Below, one piece after another: positions 18,981 through 28,519 of a DNA stretch of 64,000 nt. The position numbers and the translations under genes are program-made. Position 1 is the first letter of the stretch; each line of letters begins with the position of its first letter. The notes under the pieces are model-generated. The model was not told where the DNA came from, ran no database searches, and worked only from the letters and a program-made list of their open reading frames with translations. Source of the DNA: Anaerolineales bacterium (GTDB lineage Bacteria; Chloroflexota; Anaerolineae; Anaerolineales; UBA4823); contig DATEDC010000195.1 in the NCBI GenBank assembly GCA_035286585.1, positions 4,139-68,138 of the forward strand, in the 5' to 3' direction.

Positions 18981-20354
18981 GTGCCCAGACCGGTCGTTGC
19001 GCTTGTAGGGAGACCTAATGTCGGTAAAAGCACGCTGTTCAACCGCCTGGCTGAAGAGCGGCTGGCGGTAGTTGACGATGTGCCGGGTACGACCCGGGAC
19101 AGACTCGTAGCCCAGTCAGAATGGGCTGGGGTGATTTTTGACATTATCGATACAGGGGGAATCGACCCCACACAGGTGAGCCCGGGTGGAAAACGCAAAC
19201 CGCTTTCGGTTGGTTCGGTCGATTTTATCGATCAGATTCGCGTTCAAGCCGAGATTGCCATACAAGAGGCCGACGCGGTGCTGTTCATCACCGACGTCGA
19301 GAGCGGGGTCACCCCGGCGGATATCGAGGTAGCCCAGATATTGCGCCGCCGCCAGCGGAAACAGGGGGTCAGGCTCGCACCTCCGGTGCTGCTGGTGGTC
19401 AACAAATCTGACAGCGAAGCGCGCCGCCAGCAGGCGCATCAGTTCTACGAGCTGGGCATGGGGGAGCCATATCCCATATCCGCCCTGCACGGCACGGGCA
19501 CCGGAGATATGCTGGATGCCCTGATAGAGATGCTACCCGGGGTTGGAGAAGAGATTGAGGACGACTCCGTCAAAGTAGCGATTGTGGGAAAGCCCAATGT
19601 CGGCAAATCCAGCCTGCTAAACCGGCTGGTGGGCGAGGAGCGGGCTATCGTCAGCCCGATCGCGGGAACGACCCGCGATGCCGTGGATACTCTGATCACC
19701 TATAATGACATCCCGGTCACCCTGATCGACACTGCGGGAATCCGGCGGCGCGGCCGAATCGAGCCTGGGGTGGAGAAATACAGTGTGATCCGGGCGATGC
19801 GCGCCATCGAACGCTCTGATGTCTCATTGCTGGTCCTGGATGCGACGACAGGGCTGACGGCTCAGGATGCCCACATCGCTGGTTATATCCTGGACGCCTG
19901 GAAAAGCGCGGTCGTGGTGGTGAATAAGTGGGACGCCATAAAAAAGGACACCCACACGATGGATGAGTTCACCCAACGCGTGCGCCAGGAGCTCAATTTC
20001 ATGAGTTATGTGCCGGTGCTTTTTATCTCAGCCACAACCGGGCAGCGTGTCGAACAGGTGCTGCCGATGGCGTTGCGGGTGCAGGAAGAGCGATTGATTA
20101 ACTTGCCCACCTCGCAGTTAAACCAGATTTTGCAACGAGCGCAGAGCCTGCACCCAGCCCCATCCCATGCGGGCCGTCAATTGAAGATCTACTACGGCAC
20201 ACAGGTTCGCAACGACCCGCCCACATTCCTGCTGCACGTAAACGATCCCAAGCTGAGCCATTTCACCTATACCCGCTACCTGGAAAATCGCATCCGGGAA
20301 GCCTACCAATTTATCGGCACGCCCATCCGCATCGTCATGCGCCCCCGGCGTTGA
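18981..20354 (+). CDS. der: Ribosome biogenesis GTPase Der/EngA
   Basis: Two G domains (GRPNVGKS, GKPNVGKS, GTTRD twice, DTGG/DTAG, NKxD) plus KH-like tail. Confidence 0.98.
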   Translation: MPRPVVALVGRPNVGKSTLFNRLAEERLAVVDDVPGTTRDRLVAQSEWAGVIFDIIDTGGIDPTQVSPGGKRKPLSVGSVDFIDQIRVQAEIAIQEADAVLFITDVESGVTPADIEVAQILRRRQRKQGVRLAPPVLLVVNKSDSEARRQQAHQFYELGMGEPYPISALHGTGTGDMLDALIEMLPGVGEEIEDDSVKVAIVGKPNVGKSSLLNRLVGEERAIVSPIAGTTRDAVDTLITYNDIPVTLIDTAGIRRRGRIEPGVEKYSVIRAMRAIERSDVSLLVLDATTGLTAQDAHIAGYILDAWKSAVVVVNKWDAIKKDTHTMDEFTQRVRQELNFMSYVPVLFISATTGQRVEQVLPMALRVQEERLINLPTSQLNQILQRAQSLHPAPSHAGRQLKIYYGTQVRNDPPTFLLHVNDPKLSHFTYTRYLENRIREAYQFIGTPIRIVMRPRR

Positions 20355-20432
20355 TATTAAGGAGCATGGTCACTTTGGTAATCCCGAAAACTGTCGGGTC
20401 TGGCAGCAGGGAGATATACCATACGATCACAG

Positions 20433-20729
20433 ATGGAGGACACGGGGAATAAATTAATTCAAAACCGGGAGGAGGTGGAATTAGGGGAGCCGCAACGCGC
20501 CAAAAGCGGTTTGGCGCGGTTCTTGAGGGACATCATCGAGACACAGGCAATAGCGCTCCTGCTCTTTCTGGGCTTTAACACCGAAACGGCGCGCATCCGG
20601 GTGGAAGGTTTCAGCATGGAACCCAGCATGCATAACCGCGATTTCGTGCTCGTCAACCGCCTGGCGTACCAATTTGAAGCGCCCAGCTATGGCGACGTGA
20701 TCGTATTTCATTTTCCCATCGACCCCTAG
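20433..20729 (+). pseudogene. lepB: Truncated signal peptidase I
   Basis: VEGFSMEP (catalytic Ser box) and GDVIVF present; stops just before the KR box (catalytic Lys); no continuation seen. Confidence 0.8.
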
Positions 20730-20738
20730 CTGCGCGGG

Positions 20739-23198
20739 TCACTCTCCCGTAGGCACCCAGATATTCTTCACCTGGGTGGCTTCGTGCAGGAATTCGTGCC
20801 CGGCACCCTGGTACGGGTCGAGCCAATCGCGCTCGATGCCGTAACTGACCCAGGTGCGCTTCATATTGGAGGCGGATTCGTACTCGACATGATAGCTGCC
20901 CTCGGCGCTGCCAAAATACCAGACGGCGTCCACATCCTCGTGCTGGATCAGGGTTTTCACCAGGTGATCGCGATCGCCAGTGACGATATTGACGACCCCC
21001 GGCGGCACATCGGAGGTGTCCAAAACCTGGTAGAAATCCGTCCCGCTGAGGGGATGCTTCTGGCTGGGGATGATCACAACCGTGTTGCCGCGAGCGATAG
21101 CCGGAGCCATCAGCGAGACGAATCCCAGAAGCGGGTATTCATCCGGGCAGGCAATGCCGATCACGCCGATCGGCTCGTTTACCGCGACCGTAATCCCGCG
21201 CAGGGTGGTTTCCTGCAATGCGCCGCCGTATTTGTCGGCCCAGGCAGCCCAGGTAAACAGGCGCTCGATGGCGGCTTGGACTTCCAGTTGGGCGGACTTG
21301 TGCGAGCGCCCCGTCATGGCGGCAATCCGCTTGGCGAATTCGTCCTGGCGAGCATCCAAATTCTCAGCGATAAAATAGAGAACTTGAGCGCGGTTGTAGG
21401 CGTGGCGCATCGCCCAGCCCGGTTTGGCGGTGTGCGCAGCATGGGCGGCTTCAACCGCGTCGCGAATATCCTTGCGATTGCCGTCGCCGACCTGCCCGAT
21501 CAGCACCCCGCGGGGTCCGTAAACAGCGCGGGTGTAATGCCCGTCCGGGCGCACCTGCTTGCCACCGATATACATTTTCGGTGTACGGTCAATCCGGGCA
21601 GACTTTCTTCCATCCATGCCATCATCCATGCCACCGCCTCCAGGAGGGGTGGGGCGGGCAGGTGTATAAGCGCCCCAGGAGGATTTCCGCTCGCTGGCGG
21701 CGTTCAGATCGAACTTCGGTCGTGGGCGTTCCTGCCAGGCAGTGCGCAAATATTCGAACAGACCTTCTTTGCCCCCCTCGCGCCCGAAGCCGCTCTCGCG
21801 ATAACCGCCAAAACCGGAGGCGCCGTCGAAGAGATTGGTGCAGTTGACCCACACTGAACCGGATTTCAGTTTGCTGGCCACATCCAGGGCGAGGTTGATA
21901 TTTTCGCTCCAGACGCTGGCAGCCAGGCCGTAGCGGGTGTTATTTGCCAGCTCGATAGCTTCCGACGGCGAGCGGAAGGTTAATGAAACCAGTATCGGCC
22001 CAAAAATCTCTTCCTGGACAGCCTCGGCTGCCGGTTCGAGATTGGTGATCAGGGTAGGTGGATAGAAAATGCCGCGCTTGGGGAGATCGATATTCGGTTG
22101 GAAAACCTCACCGCCTTCACGGATGCCGATCTTGACCCAAGAGTCGATCGTATTCCATTGGGATTGGTCCACGATCGCGCCCATGTCAATGCATTTGTCG
22201 AGCGGGTCGCCCACCCGCAGGTGCTCCATGCGTTTTTTGAGCTTGTTGAGGAAGCTCTCGGCGACGTTTTCCTGCACCAGCAAGCGCGACCCGGCGCAGC
22301 ACACCTGACCCTGATTGAACCAGATCGCATCGACCACACCTTCCACCGCGCCATCCAGGTCGGCGTCTTCAAACACGACGAACGGAGACTTGCCGCCCAA
22401 CTCGAGAGAAAGTTTTTTGCCCGACCCGGCGGTCTGACGGCGCAAGATGCGCCCAACCTCGGTCGAGCCGGTGAATGCGACCTTGTCGATATCTGCATGG
22501 GTGACGAGCATGGTGCCCGCCTGGCTGCTGCCAGTGATGATGTTCACCACGCCAGGGGGCACGCCGGCTTCAGCCACGATCTCTGCAAAAAGCAAAGCAG
22601 ACAGGCGCGTGTAGGAGGCAGGCTTGAGCACGATAGTATTTCCCATGGCAATTGCCGGGGCGATTTTCCAGGCCAGCATCAGCAGGGGGAAATTCCAGGG
22701 GATGATCTGCCCCACCACACCAACCGGCTGGTAATCTCGCAGTTCGGTATCCATTAGCTGAGCCCAACCGGCGTAATAGTAAAAATGCCGGGCGAGCAGA
22801 GGCACGTCGATATCCCTTGATTCGCGGATCGGCTTGCCGTTATCCATCGATTCCAGCACGGCCAAAAGGCGGTGATGCTTCTGGACGTTGCGCGCAATGG
22901 CATACAAATAGCGGGCGCGCGCCTGTCCCGGAGTGTTGGCCCAGATATCCAGAGCCTGGCGAGCGGCAGCCACGGCTGCATCGACCTCTGCCTGGCCTGC
23001 CTGCACGGTGTCAGCCAGCTTCTCGCCGGTTGCCGGGTTGTAGCTGGGGTAGTATTTAGGTTCAAGCGGGGTCACCCACTGGTTGTTGATAAAGAGCCCG
23101 AACTTGCGCTGATGATCATCCAGCCAGGCTTCGGCCGCGGCGGGTGATTCAGGGGCGGGCCCATAATCCAGGTGTTCGAAGGTCTGTAATACGCTCAT
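20739..23198 (-). CDS. Aldehyde dehydrogenase, ALDH16-like (full ALDH plus second partial Rossmann domain)
   Basis: PWNFP, FTGSTEVG, LELGGKSP, GQVCCAG, EEIFGP, GFGREGG; duplicated N-terminal domain in the C-terminal 280 aa. Confidence 0.92.
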   Translation of the reverse strand: MSVLQTFEHLDYGPAPESPAAAEAWLDDHQRKFGLFINNQWVTPLEPKYYPSYNPATGEKLADTVQAGQAEVDAAVAAARQALDIWANTPGQARARYLYAIARNVQKHHRLLAVLESMDNGKPIRESRDIDVPLLARHFYYYAGWAQLMDTELRDYQPVGVVGQIIPWNFPLLMLAWKIAPAIAMGNTIVLKPASYTRLSALLFAEIVAEAGVPPGVVNIITGSSQAGTMLVTHADIDKVAFTGSTEVGRILRRQTAGSGKKLSLELGGKSPFVVFEDADLDGAVEGVVDAIWFNQGQVCCAGSRLLVQENVAESFLNKLKKRMEHLRVGDPLDKCIDMGAIVDQSQWNTIDSWVKIGIREGGEVFQPNIDLPKRGIFYPPTLITNLEPAAEAVQEEIFGPILVSLTFRSPSEAIELANNTRYGLAASVWSENINLALDVASKLKSGSVWVNCTNLFDGASGFGGYRESGFGREGGKEGLFEYLRTAWQERPRPKFDLNAASERKSSWGAYTPARPTPPGGGGMDDGMDGRKSARIDRTPKMYIGGKQVRPDGHYTRAVYGPRGVLIGQVGDGNRKDIRDAVEAAHAAHTAKPGWAMRHAYNRAQVLYFIAENLDARQDEFAKRIAAMTGRSHKSAQLEVQAAIERLFTWAAWADKYGGALQETTLRGITVAVNEPIGVIGIACPDEYPLLGFVSLMAPAIARGNTVVIIPSQKHPLSGTDFYQVLDTSDVPPGVVNIVTGDRDHLVKTLIQHEDVDAVWYFGSAEGSYHVEYESASNMKRTWVSYGIERDWLDPYQGAGHEFLHEATQVKNIWVPTGE

Positions 23199-23228
23199 GT
23201 CTCGCTCCGTTTGATCGCTCGTCCGATG

Positions 23229-24191
23229 TTAACCCATCGGCATATGATGGCGGGCGGCGTATCGACCGGTGATGTAATGGTAGAGCTGGCGCTCCAGGTC
23301 GGTCAACAACCCGCTCGCTCCGATGCGTAACAGCTCCGGCATCTGCCAATCGGCCCCCAGCTCTTCTCTCATCAGAGCCTGCCAGGCCAGGACTTGCTTG
23401 GCATGGCTGATGCCCCCGGCTGGCTTGAAGCCGACCTTGCTGCCGGTGCGCTCCCAGAATTCGCGGATTGCACGGGCCATCACCAGGCCAAATTCCAGCG
23501 TGGCATTGACGGATTCCTTACCCGTCGAGGTCTTGATGAAATCCGAGCCAGCCATCATGGCCACCAGGCTGGCCTGGTAAACTTGTTTGAGCGTTGCCAG
23601 ATCGCCCGTTGCCAGGATGGTCTTCATGTGGGCAGCTTCGCCACATGTCTGGCGAAACTGGCGGATTTCATCGTAGAGAGCCTGCCAGTTGCCAGTTAAA
23701 ACATGGGTGCGAGTGATGACGACATCGATCTCTTTTGCACCAGCCTCGATCGCTTGCTCGATTTCAGCGATGCGTTGGGGCAGGGGCGTTTGTCCGGCTG
23801 GAAAACCCGTCGCCACCGAGGCTACCGGGATATCTGTGCCTCTGAGGGCTTCAACCGCGTCTCTCACCCGGCTGGGGTATACGCACACCGCGCCGACGTG
23901 GATAGTATGGTCGGAGATCTCCAAGGCAGTCAGAATGTCCGGTCGCACCGGCTGCCTTGCTTTGGCGCACAAACGCCTGATCCTGCCCGGAGTGTCATCG
24001 CCGGCGAGGGTGGTGAGGTCGATGCAGGTGACAGCGCGCAGCAGCCAGGCTGCCTGCCAGTCTTTTTTAATCGCCCGCCGGGTGGGTAAGGTGGCAACGC
24101 GCCGCTCCACCGCGCTGCGGTTGACACGCGCGCGCATCACCCAACCCAGATCGAGCGGTATCGTTTGGTTGCGGATATGTTTGGATGGCAT
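23229..24191 (-). CDS. deoC: Deoxyribose-phosphate aldolase (long type)
   Basis: IDLTTL.GDD, CVYP, GFPAGQ, EIDVV, MKTIL, FIKTSTGK, GFKPAGGI, RIGASGLL. Confidence 0.95.
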   Translation of the reverse strand: MPSKHIRNQTIPLDLGWVMRARVNRSAVERRVATLPTRRAIKKDWQAAWLLRAVTCIDLTTLAGDDTPGRIRRLCAKARQPVRPDILTALEISDHTIHVGAVCVYPSRVRDAVEALRGTDIPVASVATGFPAGQTPLPQRIAEIEQAIEAGAKEIDVVITRTHVLTGNWQALYDEIRQFRQTCGEAAHMKTILATGDLATLKQVYQASLVAMMAGSDFIKTSTGKESVNATLEFGLVMARAIREFWERTGSKVGFKPAGGISHAKQVLAWQALMREELGADWQMPELLRIGASGLLTDLERQLYHYITGRYAARHHMPMG

Positions 24192-24412
24192 AGGAAGTTC
24201 CTCATTCAGGTGGTCGCACTCAGGATCAGCGCTATTGATACCTGCCAACACCTAAAATATACCATAATGGACCTGTGGCAGATAAATTGGTTTGGCAATT
24301 TTGTATTATTTATTGTATGAATTTGTTGCGTCTGAATCATTAGAGATCAAGGTGCTTACAAAATCATCATCTATCTTCTGGGGCATTTTAGCGTATAATT
24401 ATACAAGCGAGT

Positions 24413-24697
24413 ATGGCCAGAAAACGCAATTACGATCCAGAAGCTTCAGGCATTCCCTGTCCCGAATGCCATACGGGTGTGCTGCATCTGCAGCGACTCA
24501 CCTATTTCACCTGGCTGAACGCCGAGTTAATTTCAGTGCCGAATTTTCCAGCCTGGGTTTGCGACCTGTGCGGGCGGCGTGATTTCGATCCCCGGGCGAA
24601 AAAATGGCTGAACACACTGCTCATCGCAGACACCTCGAAAAGGTCCGGACAGCGCCGAAATTTCCCCTTCCAGGGAGATCGCATTCCACCGAATTGA
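24413..24697 (+). CDS. YgiT/MqsA-type zinc finger protein (no HTH)
   Basis: CPEC..G...VPNFPAWVCDLCG; TATAAT at 24394-24399. Confidence 0.82.
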   Translation: MARKRNYDPEASGIPCPECHTGVLHLQRLTYFTWLNAELISVPNFPAWVCDLCGRRDFDPRAKKWLNTLLIADTSKRSGQRRNFPFQGDRIPPN

Positions 24698-24806
24698 GCC
24701 CTTGCGGGTAATCCAATCCGTCTCGGCTGGGGGGTCGTTGAACGTATAAGCCTGGGGATAAAAAAATTAATAATCCAGTTGCCCTGCACTCGGGGATCAG
24801 GTAGGA

Positions 24807-25340
24807 TCAGCCCGTATCCAGGCGATTTTTAGCCAACAGCAAGGCGGCTAGTGTTTTGGCGTCGTGAACCTCACCGCGTTCAGCCATGCGGTATGCCCGG
24901 TTAGCGGGGATGCGCTCCACGCGGATGTATTCATCCTCATCGCCCGGTAATGGGCTTGCCTGCAGCCGGCGAGCCAGGAAGACGTACAGGTATTCGCTTG
25001 TATAGCCGGGCGCCATGAAGAATTCGCCGATCAAGTCGAGATCCTGCGCAGACATACCGATCTCTTCACGGATCTCGCGCCGGGCGCAGCTCTCCGCAGA
25101 TTCACCCGGTTCGATAACCCCGGCAGGTAATTCCATGATCCCTTTACCTGCGGCGTGGCGATACTGGTGGATGAACCAGATATCGCCGTTTTCATCCACA
25201 GGCACGATCAAGACCGCGGGTGGATGATCGACAATATCCAGGCGCACCAATCGTCCATCAGGCATTTGCACCTGATCCTGGCGCACGCTGAAGACGCGTC
25301 CCTGGTAAATTTGCTGGGTGGCAATCGTCTTAAAATCCAC
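24807..25340 (-). CDS. NUDIX hydrolase (ADP-ribose pyrophosphatase-like)
   Basis: ELPAGVIEPGESAESCARREIREEIG Nudix box, DEDE, DAKT. Confidence 0.93.
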   Translation of the reverse strand: MDFKTIATQQIYQGRVFSVRQDQVQMPDGRLVRLDIVDHPPAVLIVPVDENGDIWFIHQYRHAAGKGIMELPAGVIEPGESAESCARREIREEIGMSAQDLDLIGEFFMAPGYTSEYLYVFLARRLQASPLPGDEDEYIRVERIPANRAYRMAERGEVHDAKTLAALLLAKNRLDTG

Positions 25341-25388
25341 GGGCTTCTCCTTGATCGATTTCTATTCAACCAGGCTAAAGATACCACA

Positions 25389-25430
25389 AACCGGTTCGAC
25401 CTCTCGGCAGTCGGCCGGATCGAACCGGTT
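25389..25430. repeat. 11 bp inverted repeat with 20 nt spacer
   Basis: AACCGGTTCGA (25389-25399) and TCGAACCGGTT (25420-25430). Confidence 0.6.
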
Positions 25431-25524
25431 GCAGTATTCGCCCTAATTCAGGCCTGACGAATCAACGGGCAATCAGGGCAGGGAAGGCAAGTCTCGTGCG
25501 CGGATTTGATCCGAGCGAGCGCGT

Positions 25525-26211
25525 CTAGGGTATTCTCAGCACCTGGCCCGCCTCCAACCTGTATGGAGCGCTCAGACCATTAGCGGCCGCCAGAGTGTTA
25601 GGGTCCAAATCGCCGAACTCACAGGCGATGGTGTAGATCGTGTCCCCAGCACCCACGGTATAGGTCTCGGGATGGGGTTTTAACGCCCGGGCGCCAGGGA
25701 ATTTCCCTCCGGATTGGGGGATTCTCAGGACGGTGCCAGGCGAGTAATTGCCGCTGGCACTGAGCCCGCTCAAATTCAGCATCTCGATAGGATTGACATT
25801 GAACCTGCGGGCGATGCAGTAGGGATGTTCGCCTTTTTGCAAGGTGTAGGTGGAGGGAATGCCCGGGGTGGGCGTGGGATAGGATAACGCAGCAGAGGTG
25901 GGAGAGGCGACCACCGGGGCGGCGGTGGATACCGGCACGGGGCTGGCTTCGGCGCCCTGGGAGGCCGTGGTAGCCGTGGGTTGGGCCAGCGGCGCGCCAC
26001 CCGACATGGCAATGGCTGTCTGGGTGGCAAAACTCTCAAGCTGACCCATCACGTCATCTGTGTCTCCTGGGAGCGGGAACTCCGCCGTTCCCGTGGTGGG
26101 AGTGGTTTCGCCGGTAGGAGCTTGCGAAGCCGGTCTTTCACATGCTGCCAGGCTGGTGATGATTAAAATCATAATGAACAACACCAGGAAACTTTTAATT
26201 GACATTTTCAT
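25525..26211 (-). CDS. LysM-domain lipoprotein (2 LysM)
   Basis: Lipobox LAAC; YTLQKGE...IARRF...LRIP and YTVGAGDTIYTIA...N.L...GQVLRIP. Confidence 0.9.
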   Translation of the reverse strand: MKMSIKSFLVLFIMILIITSLAACERPASQAPTGETTPTTGTAEFPLPGDTDDVMGQLESFATQTAIAMSGGAPLAQPTATTASQGAEASPVPVSTAAPVVASPTSAALSYPTPTPGIPSTYTLQKGEHPYCIARRFNVNPIEMLNLSGLSASGNYSPGTVLRIPQSGGKFPGARALKPHPETYTVGAGDTIYTIACEFGDLDPNTLAAANGLSAPYRLEAGQVLRIP

Positions 26212-26304
26212 TCTCCTTGGTTATAGTCGCCTGTTGGTAGTTTATTCGCTTCGCCAGGACTACCTGGCTTCAGATGCGTGGGTTGGCTCGCATGCATTGC
26301 AATG

Positions 26305-26333
26305 ATACTAGCACAATCTAGATAAAGCGTCAA
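26305..26333 (-). promoter_or_regulatory. Sigma70-type promoter for the LysM gene
   Basis: Minus strand TTGACG-N17-TAGTAT with TG extension. Confidence 0.55.
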
Positions 26334-26392
26334 GCATATTGCATAATGGCTTGCAAGACGGCAAGGGGGGTGTTGCGGTTGAAAAAAGCCAA

Positions 26393-28480
26393 TCAATCCG
26401 CATCATCAGCGCTTTCAGTAAGACAAAAAACGTGCAGCTCGCCTGGACCGTGAACGCCGATAGTCAGCGTCATCTCGATATCTGCGGTGCGCGATGGGCC
26501 GCTCACCAGCACCGAGGACCGCGATGCGGTCACGGCAGGGCTCTTGAGAACCTCAGGCAGGCGGGGAAGGATATCATTGGCTCGCAGAACGACCATATGA
26601 ATTTCGGGCAATAATGAGTGGGCGAGCGCTCTGCCGCGACCGGAGGTGATCAGCAGGCTGCCTGTCTCCGCTAACCCGGCGGATGCGCCGGTCAGACCAA
26701 CCAAGATGGTCGGGTCGGGTTGATATTGGATCTCGATGTGGGCGTCGATCAAGCGCTGGATTAAGCCAGGGGGAAAATTATCCTCAGAACAGGCTGCAAG
26801 CCTGGCGACCCTGCGCCCCTGGAAGAATGCGATCAACCTCCCAGACAGGTCCTCCGCTGTGCACAGGTGAAACTGGCCGCCTAGAGCGGTTAGCTCGTTT
26901 TGAAACCGGGTGATCAATGAGCTTTGTTTCATGGTCACAGATGGGGTAACGGAATCGTCGCTGGATCGGAGATGGGGTTGGGGGTGGTTTTTTGAGAGAT
27001 AGGAGGCTGAGGCTGACTGCCCGTTGGGGCTTGAGCCGCTATTCGCGGCGGGGCGCTTCAGCCACCTAGCTCTGAATGAACTTTCTGCTGGTCGGGGGAA
27101 ATCCCTGCTTTTTCCCCAACCGGTGAAGCCTGGCAAGCGCATCCATTGCGGAAAAAAGCGAGCCACCCAGCCGACAAATTTTTGCATCCGTGCAAACCTG
27201 ACAGGCGAAGTGGCTAACCAGGTGTAGAGCATCACTCCCAGCAGGATGGATGTGGGTGGATTAGGGGGAATTGGTCTGTTTGGAGGGGCTTGAGTGGGCT
27301 CTGGCACCAGCCCGGCTCGAACGCGCAGCAGCAGGGTGGGGAGGTCAATCGCCACCGGGCAGACTTCCCGGCAAGCCCCACACAGGCTGGAGAGGCGCGC
27401 CAGGTGACCAAAATCTTCCCGCCCAAATATCCCCGGTGAGACGATAGAGCCTATCGGACCGGGATACGGGCTGCTTTCGCCGCGTTGGCTCACATATGCG
27501 TGCCCGCCAATCTCCTGGAAGACGGGGCAGGCGTTGAGGCATGCGCCGCAGCGAATGCACAACAACGCTTCAGCTAAAGGCGAGCGACGCATTGCCTGGC
27601 GCCCGTTATCCACCAGGATCAAATGCCGTTCTTCAGGTCCATCGTCGTCCAAGGGATGGCGCGGCCCATGGATCAGGCTTGTGTAAACGGTTATTTTTTG
27701 ACCGGTAGCAGAACGTGGCAGCAGGTAGAGCATTAAGGCGAGGTCGTCGAGCGTTGGCACTAACCGCTCAATGCCCATCAGGGCAATGTGCGTTTTGGGG
27801 AGGGTGGTCACCATGCGCCCGTTGCCTTCGTTGGTCACTAGGCACAGTGTGCCAGTCTCGGCCACGCCGAAATTTACTCCGGAAATGCCGATATCAGCGT
27901 CCAAAAACACCTGCCTCAACACCTGTCGCGCTGTCGCAGTGAGCGCGGCGACATCGCTGGTCTCAGGCGTGCCCAGCTTCTGGTGAAACGTCCGACCAAC
28001 CTGGTCGCGCTGTAAATGAACAGCCGGGGCGATTATGTGGGAAGGTCGTTCTCCACGCAACTGGACGATATACTCGCCAAGATCTGTCTCCACCACCTGG
28101 ATGCCCCGGGATAGCAGCGCCTGATTGAGGTCAATTTCTTCGCTGACCATCGATTTCGATTTTGCCACCAGCTTTGCCCCTTTACGCGCAGCGATATCCA
28201 GGACAATCTGGGCGGCATCGCCCGCTCCATGGGCCCAATGCAGCCTGACGCCATTCGCCTGCAGGCGTCCAGTGAATTGCTCGAGATAATGGTCCAGATC
28301 GGCGATCACCCGCGAGCGCATCTGGTGGGCGCGCTGACGCATGACTTCCCAGGGTTCCGGCAGGGAGGCGTAAGCCCCCAGATGGGCTTCCCGGCTGCGA
28401 CTGGCGTTGAGATCTAGCGCCGCCTGGAGAGCGGGATTGTCGAGGGCTGCCTGGATGCGTTTATAAATGAGATCGGCCAT
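26393..28480 (-). CDS. lutB: Lactate utilisation LutB-LutC fusion (LUD, Fe-S, LUD)
   Basis: KSKSMVSEE, ETDLGEY, NEGNGR, CIRCGACLNACP, YPGPIG; C-terminal AETGSL...SLLP.IH...GPSRTADIE..L.IGVHGP (LutC). Confidence 0.93.
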   Translation of the reverse strand: MADLIYKRIQAALDNPALQAALDLNASRSREAHLGAYASLPEPWEVMRQRAHQMRSRVIADLDHYLEQFTGRLQANGVRLHWAHGAGDAAQIVLDIAARKGAKLVAKSKSMVSEEIDLNQALLSRGIQVVETDLGEYIVQLRGERPSHIIAPAVHLQRDQVGRTFHQKLGTPETSDVAALTATARQVLRQVFLDADIGISGVNFGVAETGTLCLVTNEGNGRMVTTLPKTHIALMGIERLVPTLDDLALMLYLLPRSATGQKITVYTSLIHGPRHPLDDDGPEERHLILVDNGRQAMRRSPLAEALLCIRCGACLNACPVFQEIGGHAYVSQRGESSPYPGPIGSIVSPGIFGREDFGHLARLSSLCGACREVCPVAIDLPTLLLRVRAGLVPEPTQAPPNRPIPPNPPTSILLGVMLYTWLATSPVRFARMQKFVGWVARFFPQWMRLPGFTGWGKSRDFPRPAESSFRARWLKRPAANSGSSPNGQSASASYLSKNHPQPHLRSSDDSVTPSVTMKQSSLITRFQNELTALGGQFHLCTAEDLSGRLIAFFQGRRVARLAACSEDNFPPGLIQRLIDAHIEIQYQPDPTILVGLTGASAGLAETGSLLITSGRGRALAHSLLPEIHMVVLRANDILPRLPEVLKSPAVTASRSSVLVSGPSRTADIEMTLTIGVHGPGELHVFCLTESADDAD

Positions 28481-28519
28481 GAGCGTGAAGGGTCTAAGTA
28501 GGCTGGATCGGCATACAGA

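Noticed and set aside
20784..21857. Long antisense or off-frame ORFs (e.g. 20784-21857, 33989-34906, 36253-37242, 37738-38790, 41389-42291)
   Set aside because: They lie over well-supported genes and have no motifs; such shadows are expected from GC-rich codon bias
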